Of a stretch of 32,000 nt of DNA, positions 18,147 to 27,543 are shown in pieces. Position 1 is the stretch's first letter; each line of letters starts with the position of its first letter. The DNA is from Nonlabens ponticola (lineage in GTDB: Bacteria > Bacteroidota > Bacteroidia > Flavobacteriales > Flavobacteriaceae), in the NCBI RefSeq assembly GCF_003966335.1, contig NZ_CP034549.1:2340001-2372000 (forward strand), written 5' to 3'. The position numbers were made by a program, and so were the translations under genes. The notes under the pieces are model-generated. The model saw nothing but the letters and a program-made list of their open reading frames with translations, was not told the DNA's origin and ran no database searches.

Positions 18147-19370
18147 TTAAGTTAATTGTTTCCTGTTCTTTAATTTGACATCCTTAGCATTAAGAATGAG
18201 CATGTAACCAAACCATGGGAAAAAGAGAAATTGACCAGGCGTCAAATCACTTTCAAAAAAGGGAATTATAAGGAGTGGGAAAAATAGTAAGGAACTTGAA
18301 TGGGCTACCTTCCAAAATACCCTAAATGGTCGCAGCACCATAAAGCTCAAAAACACACCAAATACAATTATACCTGCACCAAATAGTATCTCTAAATATG
18401 AATTATGATACTTACCAAGTATAGAATTACCGCGTTCTAAATATTCGGTATTGAACATTCCAATACCCGTCAAGTAATAGCCAGGATTATTATTGAATAC
18501 CTCAAACATAATCTCTCCACTTTCTAATCTACCATCATCCTTTCCACCAAGCTGACTCTGACTCTTCTCAATGACAAAATTAATTGCAGAATCCTCTACG
18601 TCCTTCAAATTAAAAAAAATCACTAATGGTATTCCTACAATCAAAAACTTCACTATTGGCTTGACCTGGTTACTTTTAAAGAGAAGAAAAATAGTGGTCA
18701 TACCAACGGCTAGAAGCCCAGACCTGCTAGCGCTTATAATTAATAGAAAAAACAATATGATTAGATAAGAAGACAATAAAAACTTAGTGAAAAGATTGAG
18801 CTTAAAGTTTTTTATGATATCTACGGCAGCTAATGCAACTAAGCTTGCGCTCCATCCATAATGGTTTGAGACAAAGGCTCCGTCCTCAGTTTCTCCATAG
18901 ATATTTGTGTTTGTGAGGCTTCCGCCGAAAGCGAAATACGCTAATACTACAAAGGAGAAACAAAAAAATACACCTATTGAAAAGCTGCTAAGTAAATCTT
19001 CTAGACCATACCTCAATAAGTAATTGACACTCAATAGAATATAAAGAAACCCTAATAACAGATTCAACAAATTATATAGAACACCGTCTGTGCCAAAATA
19101 GAAGGCTGAAGAAACCACAAGGACGATCATGAAAAAGGTAAATTTTCCGCTACGCCTTAATCGATTGAACTTTAATCCATTCTTGTGAAGTACCCAAAAA
19201 AATCCTGCTATCAGGGTTACGATCCTCAGTCCTTTTACCGCAGCAAAAAATCCAGAACCCAAAATGCTGATCACACCATAACCTGCAATTACCAGAAACA
19301 TATTGGCAATCAACAGTATGAAAATACTATCTATTAGGATAGTCTTGATCTGAGCTGAGCTATTTGTCAT
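18147..19370 (-). CDS. wzy: O-antigen/capsule repeat-unit polymerase (Wzy / O-antigen ligase-like)
   Basis: 407 aa with roughly 10 hydrophobic helices. A Wzy_C-like segment reads ISASRSGLLAVGMTTIFLLF. The gene is very AT-rich and sits in the centre of the locus. Confidence 0.65.
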   Translation of the reverse strand: MTNSSAQIKTILIDSIFILLIANMFLVIAGYGVISILGSGFFAAVKGLRIVTLIAGFFWVLHKNGLKFNRLRRSGKFTFFMIVLVVSSAFYFGTDGVLYNLLNLLLGFLYILLSVNYLLRYGLEDLLSSFSIGVFFCFSFVVLAYFAFGGSLTNTNIYGETEDGAFVSNHYGWSASLVALAAVDIIKNFKLNLFTKFLLSSYLIILFFLLIISASRSGLLAVGMTTIFLLFKSNQVKPIVKFLIVGIPLVIFFNLKDVEDSAINFVIEKSQSQLGGKDDGRLESGEIMFEVFNNNPGYYLTGIGMFNTEYLERGNSILGKYHNSYLEILFGAGIIVFGVFLSFMVLRPFRVFWKVAHSSSLLFFPLLIIPFFESDLTPGQFLFFPWFGYMLILNAKDVKLKNRKQLT

Positions 19371-19423
19371 AGAAGAGTTCTGTAAGCGAACAGAAACCTA
19401 TTATTTACAGGCTGCGAAGGTAA

Positions 19424-19431
19424 CAAAGATA
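19424..19431 (-). promoter_or_regulatory. Candidate internal -7 box (TAnnTTTG) upstream of wzy
   Basis: The minus strand reads TATCTTTG, 53 nt upstream of the wzy ATG. It lies inside the only large (180-nt) intra-locus gap. Confidence 0.3.
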
Positions 19432-19550
19432 GGTGATAAATACCCGGCTACTTAGTTATGATACATCAGGAGACTACGCTAGCCTCGCCACATTAAAACA
19501 TTTCAATGAAGATCTTTAAGACTACAACATTACTACTACTGGTCGCCAAA

Positions 19551-20651
19551 TTATTCTCTGTGATCCATTATTGAATTGACAACTACGGAAGCATATTTAT
19601 CATAATCTGCATTGAGCTGGCAAAACTTTGAGCACATGCGTTGGGCGAGATCAATATTCTGGTATATTGATGTGATTGTATCAGCCATATCTTTTTCTCT
19701 ATTTGCATCAACGGTATTAATTGCATAAGGGAACTCTTTTGCAAATGCCTTAAACCCAGGATAGTCTGGCAAGATAACAGGAGTTCCCATCATAGTAAAT
19801 TCATACAATCTATTGGGGGCTGCATAAACGTTGTTTAATGAAGTTGCAGAATAGAGACCTATACCGATGTCCACTGTGCCGATGGTATCTAGATGAAATG
19901 GTGGCGTTCTGCTTTCCAGAATAAAAACCCTATTGGATAAAGCTCTTTTTTCTATTTCAAGTTTGAAAAGACTAAAGTCATCACGGACGCGGACAGTAGA
20001 TGGTATGATAACTAGACAGTATGCAGGTGGCAGTAATTCAATAGCTCCTAGCAAAGCAAAAAGATTACGTTTTTGAATATCAATCAGACCGGAGTAAAGT
20101 ACTAACACCTTACCTTCCTTTTTGAACTCGAGTAATTCTTCATCCTGAGTGAAAGTATAACTGTTGTAATTCGGGATATTTGGGAGCAGAAGTGGCTTTC
20201 TTTGCATTTTTCCTAAAAAGTACAATATCCAGGCTCTGTTCTCTTCTGGAACTATGACATAATCAAATTTGCCAGCATTTTTGACACTTCTTTCTTCTAG
20301 CTCATGTGCTTGATAAACCTTGATTACATTTTTATAAAAAAAGTGCATTCCTATCACGTCCAGTGCTCCGAACCATAAGGAATGAATGTTTTCCTTATTT
20401 TTTCGATAATAATTGAAGAAGAGCCAATTGAACTTAATTTTTGCCAATATCCTAGAAATTAAATCTGAAGGGTATGGATCGTTTGATACTGTTATCGTCT
20501 TAATAGAATTATCGAAGGCTGAACCAGAAGAATAATAAGTGAAAAAAACAACCTCATAACCTTTTTTACCTAAATATTCTATCAAGGAAATTGTTGGTGG
20601 TATAGTTTTAACTTCTCTTAAGAGTGGAAATACGATTTTTTTTTGCCTCAT
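19551..20651 (-). CDS. Hypothetical protein, probably a GT-B glycosyltransferase
   Basis: 366 aa. The C-terminal APNRLYEFTMMGTPVILPDYPGF resembles the GT4 acceptor/donor loop. No precise family is recognised. Confidence 0.45.
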   Translation of the reverse strand: MRQKKIVFPLLREVKTIPPTISLIEYLGKKGYEVVFFTYYSSGSAFDNSIKTITVSNDPYPSDLISRILAKIKFNWLFFNYYRKNKENIHSLWFGALDVIGMHFFYKNVIKVYQAHELEERSVKNAGKFDYVIVPEENRAWILYFLGKMQRKPLLLPNIPNYNSYTFTQDEELLEFKKEGKVLVLYSGLIDIQKRNLFALLGAIELLPPAYCLVIIPSTVRVRDDFSLFKLEIEKRALSNRVFILESRTPPFHLDTIGTVDIGIGLYSATSLNNVYAAPNRLYEFTMMGTPVILPDYPGFKAFAKEFPYAINTVDANREKDMADTITSIYQNIDLAQRMCSKFCQLNADYDKYASVVVNSIMDHRE

Positions 20652-21586
20652 TTCTCGTCAGTGAATTTATTCTCAACTAGAATTTCCTTTATCAAAGAGC
20701 TAACCTTTTGAGCACCTTGTTGTGATAAATGGTCATCGTCAAAGAAGTCTGCCTTGTCGTCAAGTAAAAGCATTTGATCCATATCGTAATAGTACTGATG
20801 CATTTGCATAAGTTCATCGTACTCTTTGGGAACTAGATTCCTCTCCTTTAAAATGTTTGTAACAGGCGTTTTTACTAAAACTAGCTCAATTCCTTTTAAT
20901 CTTATCAGTTTGACATTTTCCATGAATGCTTTTAACTGATCCGGACGAATATTATACTTACTTTCTTGAAAGGAGTTTCCATCGAATTGCTCTACCGCTC
21001 GTTCTACATAACCACCTTTTATATAAGTGTCCTTATCATTCAAAGCTACTTCCTCAAACTTATCTTTTACTCCAGAAAGCTCGTTGATCAGGCTGTATAG
21101 CATGGTATTATAAACGGTTGCATTATTTATATCTACTGCCATCTCAAACATTTCAACATTGAAATGATCGTTAGAGATAATATCCAACGCAGATTCTACC
21201 CCATCCAAATCAAAAATGCGAGGGTACACCTCGTAAACAATTACCGAAGGATTTAAATTATCTAAATATCTTTCTAAGATATACTTTGTTTGAATATGAG
21301 TTTGACCACTCGAACCGAAATTAAAAGCGCTCAATCCATTCTGTTCAAAAATCCTTGTATCAAAAGTTCGATAAGAGTGAGAGCTACCTAAAAATAAAAT
21401 ATCAATATTTTGAAATTGCTTTGAGTCCTTAATTCTAGTGTTCATGAATCCGTAGGATCCTTGTTCAAAAGATAAATTACCTCTAAGCTTTTTATGAGGT
21501 ATATGAACCCAAACACAAAGCATTATTGTATAAATGATACTTGCGATAACGGTATACACAATTAAATTAAGTAGAAATTTCTTCAT
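20648..21586 (-). CDS. Membrane-anchored DltD/AlgX-like (SGNH-like) partner of the MBOAT acyltransferase
   Basis: 312 aa. An N-terminal TM anchor is followed by the DILFLGSSHSYRTFD block. It lies immediately downstream of the MBOAT gene with a 1-nt overlap. Confidence 0.5.
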   Translation of the reverse strand: MKKFLLNLIVYTVIASIIYTIMLCVWVHIPHKKLRGNLSFEQGSYGFMNTRIKDSKQFQNIDILFLGSSHSYRTFDTRIFEQNGLSAFNFGSSGQTHIQTKYILERYLDNLNPSVIVYEVYPRIFDLDGVESALDIISNDHFNVEMFEMAVDINNATVYNTMLYSLINELSGVKDKFEEVALNDKDTYIKGGYVERAVEQFDGNSFQESKYNIRPDQLKAFMENVKLIRLKGIELVLVKTPVTNILKERNLVPKEYDELMQMHQYYYDMDQMLLLDDKADFFDDDHLSQQGAQKVSSLIKEILVENKFTDEK

Positions 21587-23031
21587 TAAAATTGAAAATA
21601 TATAAAGGTTGACTCATTTGTATACATGTACATACCTATCAAAAAAATCAGAATAGAATAGCATGTCCACCGTAAAGCTCTTGACCGCTCTGAGAGAATA
21701 AAATTTAAAGCTAAATCACTACTTCTACCTTTCCATTCTACGATAATCATTATAAGTACCATCACAGTGATCTTACCTAAATCACGTCTTGAAATCAAAT
21801 TAGGCAGGGCAAAATCCCAATTCCCATAGATGCTTTGCAAAAAATAAAATGACTGAGCCATCGACTGTGATCTGAAAAATAAGAAGGTAAATGCAAAAAG
21901 AAGAAATACTCCTATGATTTTGTGCAAGTCTCTGTATCCTGGTAACCGCGCTTGCTCTTCTTTAATCTTTTCTCTAGTTGATGAGATAAGGATTCCAGGT
22001 GCCATTAATATAGCATTTACTAGACCCCAAAAAACAAAAGTCCATGCAGCTCCATGCCATAAGCCGCTTATTAAAAAAACAATGAATACGTTTGAAAGTG
22101 TTCGCCATTTTCCATTACGGCTACCGCCTAAAGGAATAAATACGTAATCACGAAACCACGTACTCAGCGAGATATGCCACCTGTTCCACACCTCACCTAT
22201 ACTGCGAGAGAAAAAGGGATATCTAAAATTAGTCATTAAGTCAAAACCAAATAGCTTTGCCGTACCTATAGCGATATCTGAATAAGCGCTAAAATCACAA
22301 TAAATTTGAATAGTGAATAATAAAATGCCTACGATTAGCGACATACTATTCATTTGCTGATAATTATCAAAAACTTGACCGACTATTACAGCACTGTTGT
22401 CGGCAATAACCATTTTTTTGAAAAAACCCCACAATATTTGCTGCATTCCAGCAACCGCTGTTTGATAAGAAAACTGTCTTTGACTACTGAACTGTGGTAG
22501 AAATCTCGAGGCTCTTTCAATAGGGCCAGCTACAAGCTGCGGGAAAAAACTTATGTAAGCACAAAAACTCAATAGATTTTTTTCAGGTTTAATATGCCCA
22601 CGGTATATGTCAATGGCATAACCCATCGTCTGAAACGTGTAGAAGCTGATTCCTACTGGTAGGATGATGTTGATTGCACTAAATTTTGAAGATGCATAAT
22701 TCAGGGAAAAGGCATCGTAAAAACTCTCTATGAAAAAATTAGCATATTTGAAATATGCCAAAAGTCCAAGATTGAAGAATAAACTTATCGCAAGTAAGAA
22801 TTTTTTTCTTGAAATGTTATCTGTTTTGAAAATTGCAATACCCAATGAAAAATCAAGCAGAGTACTAAACATGATCAAGAATAAAAATTCTGGATTCCAC
22901 CAACCATAGAATATATAACTAGCTGCAAGAAGTATGAGATTTTGATAATGAATACGGCTACCGCCGACACTCCAATAAGCAGCAAAACTTATTACCAAAA
23001 GCACTAGAAACTCTATCGAATTAAATAACAT
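21586..23031 (-). CDS. MBOAT-family polysaccharide O-acyltransferase (AlgI/DltB-like)
   Basis: 481 aa and polytopic. The block WNRWHISLSTWFRDYVFIPLGGSR contains the invariant MBOAT histidine. Confidence 0.85.
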   Translation of the reverse strand: MLFNSIEFLVLLVISFAAYWSVGGSRIHYQNLILLAASYIFYGWWNPEFLFLIMFSTLLDFSLGIAIFKTDNISRKKFLLAISLFFNLGLLAYFKYANFFIESFYDAFSLNYASSKFSAINIILPVGISFYTFQTMGYAIDIYRGHIKPEKNLLSFCAYISFFPQLVAGPIERASRFLPQFSSQRQFSYQTAVAGMQQILWGFFKKMVIADNSAVIVGQVFDNYQQMNSMSLIVGILLFTIQIYCDFSAYSDIAIGTAKLFGFDLMTNFRYPFFSRSIGEVWNRWHISLSTWFRDYVFIPLGGSRNGKWRTLSNVFIVFLISGLWHGAAWTFVFWGLVNAILMAPGILISSTREKIKEEQARLPGYRDLHKIIGVFLLFAFTFLFFRSQSMAQSFYFLQSIYGNWDFALPNLISRRDLGKITVMVLIMIIVEWKGRSSDLALNFILSERSRALRWTCYSILIFLIGMYMYTNESTFIYFQF

Positions 23032-23039
23032 ATCTTAGA

Positions 23040-24512
23040 TCAACCGCCTTTTTTAATTTGATAAAGTCGATATAAAGTGAATAAAGGATAAGCTGCCAAA
23101 ACTAGAAATGCTAGAACACTTAAAACAAAGTGCTGCGAGGTGAAGGTTTGCATTTCAAACATAAAGAAAGAGTAAATACTTATACCTATAACTAGGTACA
23201 AGCCTGCATTTGAAAAGCTAAAATAGTCAATACGCAAAGTCGAAGAAAGTCTATTAAAAACCACCAAAGTACCAGTAAGTAAAAGCACACCGTTTAACGG
23301 TATAATAAATTTAAGACCTTCTACTCCAAAGGAATAGATTAAATAATAAGTCAGTACTCCACACAATAGCTGACCAAAAGTCCAAGCAATATATAACTGA
23401 GAACTTACACCCATCGAGACACAATATTTACGATAAACCTGATTTATACCACTTATAGCTATAGCAAAAGAATTGAATCCTAAAAATATAAACGCAAGAT
23501 TAAGGTCTGAATCTGAAAATTTTGATCCACCCCATATTATATCTAGCGTCCAATATCCGAATAGTACGATGTATAGAATCGTGAGTGTAGAGATACTTAA
23601 AATACTACGGAGACACTTTTCAAAAATCTTACTTACTGGCCGTCTATTAGCAATCTGGTCGCTAATATCTGTGAAGAATATTGTTATAAATGGTTGTACA
23701 ACAAGGCCTTGAGCCTTTTTTGCAAGATTCTGAACATGTTTAAATACTGCATAAGTACCATCAGGCAGGAATGAAGTCCCAGCAGTTAATACAAAGATGT
23801 AACCTTGCGTTGAGACTGTATAAAGCAGTGTAGATTTTAAGGCATTAAGAAAATGTCTTGAGTCAAACGCATCCATCGCTTTGATGATTTGCGGTCTATA
23901 ACCTAAATCAAACAAGTTTTTCAAGTAAAAAGCGGTTTGTAGGACTTTAGCTATGATTAGTGATAAAACAAGACTCCAAATACCCAGCAGCTCATAAAAA
24001 AGAAATAGTATTAAAATATTAAGACCACTATTTACCGCACTCAAAAATTCTGCCCTCCCGAATTTTCTTTCGCCATTGAGTACAACAACAAAAAAGTTAC
24101 CCGCAATCTCCAAGACGATCAAAGGGACCAAGACCCTAAAAACATCTACCGCTGTTTCTCTATCCGCATCACTAAAACCTGGTATGAGCAACTCTATTAT
24201 GTATGGGGCCAGTATGAATGCGATAACTATGAAAAATGCTCCAAAGAATAATATTTTAGTAAGCACGTAGTTCAATGCATCAAAATGAAGCTGTCCACTT
24301 AAAAGTTTGAGCTTGTGATAAACAGGAAGAAAAACTTCGGCCAATTGGCCAGTCTGTGTTAAAGAAGTTATTACATAAACTAAACTTTGAGCAGCAAAGA
24401 AAATTTCTATACTTCTACTTGATCCAAAATAATACACCTGTAGAATCGAATAGCCTATCCCCAAAAGAGCAGATAGAAACTTAAAAGAAAATAATCGTAG
24501 TATTATCTTCAT
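23040..24512 (-). CDS. wzx: MOP-superfamily flippase (MurJ/MviN-like, in the Wzx role)
   Basis: 490 aa with roughly 12-14 TM helices. The N-terminal pattern LGIGYSILQVYYFGSSRSIEIFFAAQSL...AEVFLPVY parallels the MurJ N-terminus. Confidence 0.6.
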   Translation of the reverse strand: MKIILRLFSFKFLSALLGIGYSILQVYYFGSSRSIEIFFAAQSLVYVITSLTQTGQLAEVFLPVYHKLKLLSGQLHFDALNYVLTKILFFGAFFIVIAFILAPYIIELLIPGFSDADRETAVDVFRVLVPLIVLEIAGNFFVVVLNGERKFGRAEFLSAVNSGLNILILFLFYELLGIWSLVLSLIIAKVLQTAFYLKNLFDLGYRPQIIKAMDAFDSRHFLNALKSTLLYTVSTQGYIFVLTAGTSFLPDGTYAVFKHVQNLAKKAQGLVVQPFITIFFTDISDQIANRRPVSKIFEKCLRSILSISTLTILYIVLFGYWTLDIIWGGSKFSDSDLNLAFIFLGFNSFAIAISGINQVYRKYCVSMGVSSQLYIAWTFGQLLCGVLTYYLIYSFGVEGLKFIIPLNGVLLLTGTLVVFNRLSSTLRIDYFSFSNAGLYLVIGISIYSFFMFEMQTFTSQHFVLSVLAFLVLAAYPLFTLYRLYQIKKGG

Positions 24513-24515
24513 TTT

Positions 24516-25589
24516 TTATCTAAAAACCCAATCATACACTTTTTCATAAGCATCCTTCAATACCGTACGCTCTAATTTGATATCGCTCTCTGTTTTTTCT
24601 AGTTCTTGTAAACGACTAATACAAGCATAATAATCTTCAACAGAAGCTTCAGGCTCAATTATAAGAGGTTTCTTATAAAAAAGTTGAGAGGCAAATGTCA
24701 GTTTTTGATGGACATTAATGGCAATAAAAGGAGCACCAACAATGCCTGCAACATATATACTGTGCATCCTACTGGAAATAACGGCGTGTGATTGCTCAAA
24801 AAAGCCTATAAAATCATTAATACCCATAGACTCTGGGTCCCATACTATCAACTTGTCGCTTTCTGGAACAAACCCATAAATATCTGCTTTTTCTTCTTGC
24901 AGGAACAACCATTTGACCTCGTGCCCATCTCCATTCAAGCGTTGAGACAACTCTCTTAAATTCACTAGATGTTTCTCGTATTTTTCTTCATGCTTATAGC
25001 TGCGTGGACAAAATATGAATGACTTCTTGTCCATTTGATTCTTACTGTCTAATGAAGCATGTTGTTCTAGCAGTAAACTTAAATCGTTGGTCAATAATGG
25101 GTCAACAGCTGCTATTTCTCGCACTAATTTGACCGACGTTCTATCTCGCACGCCCAGGATATCAAAATTATCAAGTATATCCCCATGAATCTTTTTTGCC
25201 CTATGCGAGTGATAAGGACCTACACCTATACCTAATCCCGCAAAACGAGTTCCAGACATTCTAGCAAAATTGAAGCGTAACTTATTGGACAACTTATTTT
25301 TTAAATACACCTTTAGACTAATTTCTTCCCTGTAGTCGAAGAATATACCACCGCCAATAAAAAACACCTTATCAAATTGCTTGTAAAAAAATAAAGGAAT
25401 ATTTCCAGAGTATCTATGTATGGTAGCAGCTGGTAAAAAGATGTCTAGATAAGCATCGCCCGATGAAGAAGTGCTAATAACATGCAAATCAACACCATCA
25501 AGTTTGAGCATTTGCTCATAAGCAATGTAAAGAAGCAGGTCATCCCCAAAATTCTTATGACCAATATATCCCGTAAGTAATAATTTCAC
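24516..25589 (-). CDS. Polysaccharide pyruvyl transferase family protein (CsaB/WcaK-like)
   Basis: 357 aa. The N-terminal LLLTGYIGHKNFGDDLLL and the C-terminal ISSRMHSIYVAGIVGAPFIAI are typical of the PS_pyruv_trans family. Confidence 0.7.
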   Translation of the reverse strand: MKLLLTGYIGHKNFGDDLLLYIAYEQMLKLDGVDLHVISTSSSGDAYLDIFLPAATIHRYSGNIPLFFYKQFDKVFFIGGGIFFDYREEISLKVYLKNKLSNKLRFNFARMSGTRFAGLGIGVGPYHSHRAKKIHGDILDNFDILGVRDRTSVKLVREIAAVDPLLTNDLSLLLEQHASLDSKNQMDKKSFIFCPRSYKHEEKYEKHLVNLRELSQRLNGDGHEVKWLFLQEEKADIYGFVPESDKLIVWDPESMGINDFIGFFEQSHAVISSRMHSIYVAGIVGAPFIAINVHQKLTFASQLFYKKPLIIEPEASVEDYYACISRLQELEKTESDIKLERTVLKDAYEKVYDWVFR

Positions 25590-25606
25590 CCTTGCCAGTA
25601 TTCAAG

Positions 25607-26857
25607 TTAATTAGTAATCCATTTTTTTAGCTGATGGCTAAATGTCATTTCTCTTTTTGAAATTAGCTCTTGAAATTCATTCGGGTTAGGCCCTGGAAAA
25701 TGTAGAGTACGATCTAGAGTCAGAACGTATTCTGATAGATGGTATGTTTTACAAAATTCGTCAAAACCTAAGTATTTTCCTTCATCCAAAACTAATTGTA
25801 TTATAGGTTTATCCACAAGACTAGCCTCTAGAGCAAACGTTGTTCCAGCATTAATGACTGTATGAACAGTATTGAGAAGAGCATATCTAAACATATGATA
25901 CTCTTCATCAAGCATATCAGATGCATTAGGACTACTGGAGTCTATCCCAACAATAACATTTGGGTGTTTTTCAAATATGGCGTAGTCTCCACTTGGAGCA
26001 TTAGGCTTTGGTTTAATATATAATTGATAGGAACTATTAATTAAAATTTCTGCTAACTCTTCAATCAGCTTCATTTCACCTTCATGATTCAAACCAGCAG
26101 ATGATGTTGTTGAAGGGTAAAGTACGATTTTCTTGTCTCTTAATTTGCTTAATTCACTACTATAAGCCTTGTTACTTATCGTACTAATTATCATATCAAC
26201 ATTCATGTCACTGTACTTATTGATATAATGAAACTTTAGAGGCTCAATCTTTCTAACTCTATCAATACTCTGCACTCTACGTGTTTCATTAGCTAGGTCC
26301 GTATTCCACGTGAGATTAAAACTAGGTTTTAAATAATACGGGAACTTCATAGGATGATCCCAGCTTTCCATAATACTGATATGCGGCAAAGTATCTGGTG
26401 ATGGTATCAGGTGTGAATAATACACTTTGGTAAAACTGATCAATAAATCCAGGTGAAAGTGACTGTTGATATTTTTTGAACCAAATAATAATTTGTTACA
26501 CCTGACAAATAGACGATTTACTTTTTCTCCAGATAACTTTAGAAAAAAAAGTTTCCTAACCAGGCTTTCCCATTTGCTATCTCTACCAACATGGTAATTC
26601 TTATAGACATATGAAAAATCAACAGGAACTAGCGCCAATTCAAAAAACTTTTTAAACAACACAGCAGGCTTATAAACAAAAGGTTCAATCGCTTGAACCT
26701 TTAAATTGCTTACATTAAACCTCAGTCTTATCTCCGCTACATTCTGCTTTTTGGTGAATAAAATTACTTTATTCTTTGGAGTGTATTTCTCAATCAAGGG
26801 TATCGCACTATATACCTGAAAATTGTGTTCACACCATATTCCTATCGTACGACTCAT
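25607..26857 (-). CDS. Uncharacterised 416-aa protein. Candidate nonulosonic-acid transferase or other GT-B-like enzyme.
   Basis: The ORF track starts it at 26887. The ATG at 26857 forms an ATGA overlap with the neuA stop. It contains ESWDHP and a C-terminal VINAGTTFALEASLVDKPIIQL, which looks like a GT-B nucleotide-binding region. No family was recognised by eye. Confidence 0.6.
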   Translation of the reverse strand: MSRTIGIWCEHNFQVYSAIPLIEKYTPKNKVILFTKKQNVAEIRLRFNVSNLKVQAIEPFVYKPAVLFKKFFELALVPVDFSYVYKNYHVGRDSKWESLVRKLFFLKLSGEKVNRLFVRCNKLLFGSKNINSHFHLDLLISFTKVYYSHLIPSPDTLPHISIMESWDHPMKFPYYLKPSFNLTWNTDLANETRRVQSIDRVRKIEPLKFHYINKYSDMNVDMIISTISNKAYSSELSKLRDKKIVLYPSTTSSAGLNHEGEMKLIEELAEILINSSYQLYIKPKPNAPSGDYAIFEKHPNVIVGIDSSSPNASDMLDEEYHMFRYALLNTVHTVINAGTTFALEASLVDKPIIQLVLDEGKYLGFDEFCKTYHLSEYVLTLDRTLHFPGPNPNEFQELISKREMTFSHQLKKWITN

Positions 26858-27543
26858 TGAACCAGCATATTTTCCGCCACTTTCCAATCCTTCATGGTAT
26901 CAAGATTAACCTCTAATTCAAATTTGTTTTCTACGTAAGCTATACTTTGACCGAAGAGAGATTTCTGTTCTAAAATCACGCTTACCTTAGTTAAGTAAAC
27001 AGAGCCATCACGGTAAAATGCCTCTGGTAACTCTTGCCTACGGGTTATTAAATGCTTATCACCCGTTGCAATTTTTAAATTCCCTTGTATGTTCCTTTCA
27101 AATGTCCAGTGTGGATTGAAGTGATCAGGAACTTTCCGTACACTTACGAGACTATCAGCGTTTGAGTTTTTAAACTGCTCAACAGCTTTTGAAACCTCTT
27201 TAAGATCTCTAAATGGTGTCGTGCACTGTAATAAACAAATAGCGTCATAGCTTTCTCTGGCAATCATCTCATTTTGAAGGAGGTCTACAAGAACGTCGAT
27301 TGTGGGTGCTGTGTCATTCGCGAGCTCTTTCCTGCGCAAAAAAGGTACCTTTGCTCCATATTCGCTTGCGACAGCAGCTATTTCATCATCTTCTGTACTT
27401 ACGATAATATCGTCGAATAATTGAGATTCGAGGGCTACATCGATGGAATATGCTATCAAAGGTTTACTACCTAACATTTTTATGTTCTTGCGTGGTATGC
27501 CCTTAGAACCACCTCTAGCTGGTATGACCGCGAGAATCTTCAT
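26854..27543 (-). CDS. neuA: Acylneuraminate (nonulosonate) cytidylyltransferase
   Basis: 229 aa. The N-terminus MKILAVIPARGGSKGIPRKNI is the CTP_transf_3 / CMP-NeuAc synthetase signature. Confidence 0.9.
   Translation of the reverse strand: MKILAVIPARGGSKGIPRKNIKMLGSKPLIAYSIDVALESQLFDDIIVSTEDDEIAAVASEYGAKVPFLRRKELANDTAPTIDVLVDLLQNEMIARESYDAICLLQCTTPFRDLKEVSKAVEQFKNSNADSLVSVRKVPDHFNPHWTFERNIQGNLKIATGDKHLITRRQELPEAFYRDGSVYLTKVSVILEQKSLFGQSIAYVENKFELEVNLDTMKDWKVAENMLVQ

Noticed and set aside
18918-18932. GCTTCCGCCGAAAGC inside wzy, which resembles a decayed copy of the iterated palindrome (arms GCTTCCG / CGAAAGC around a central C).
   Set aside because: It is 15 nt long with one arm mismatch and an extra central base, and I cannot separate this from chance resemblance. 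It is not counted among the five exact copies, but it is worth including in a mismatch-tolerant genome scan.
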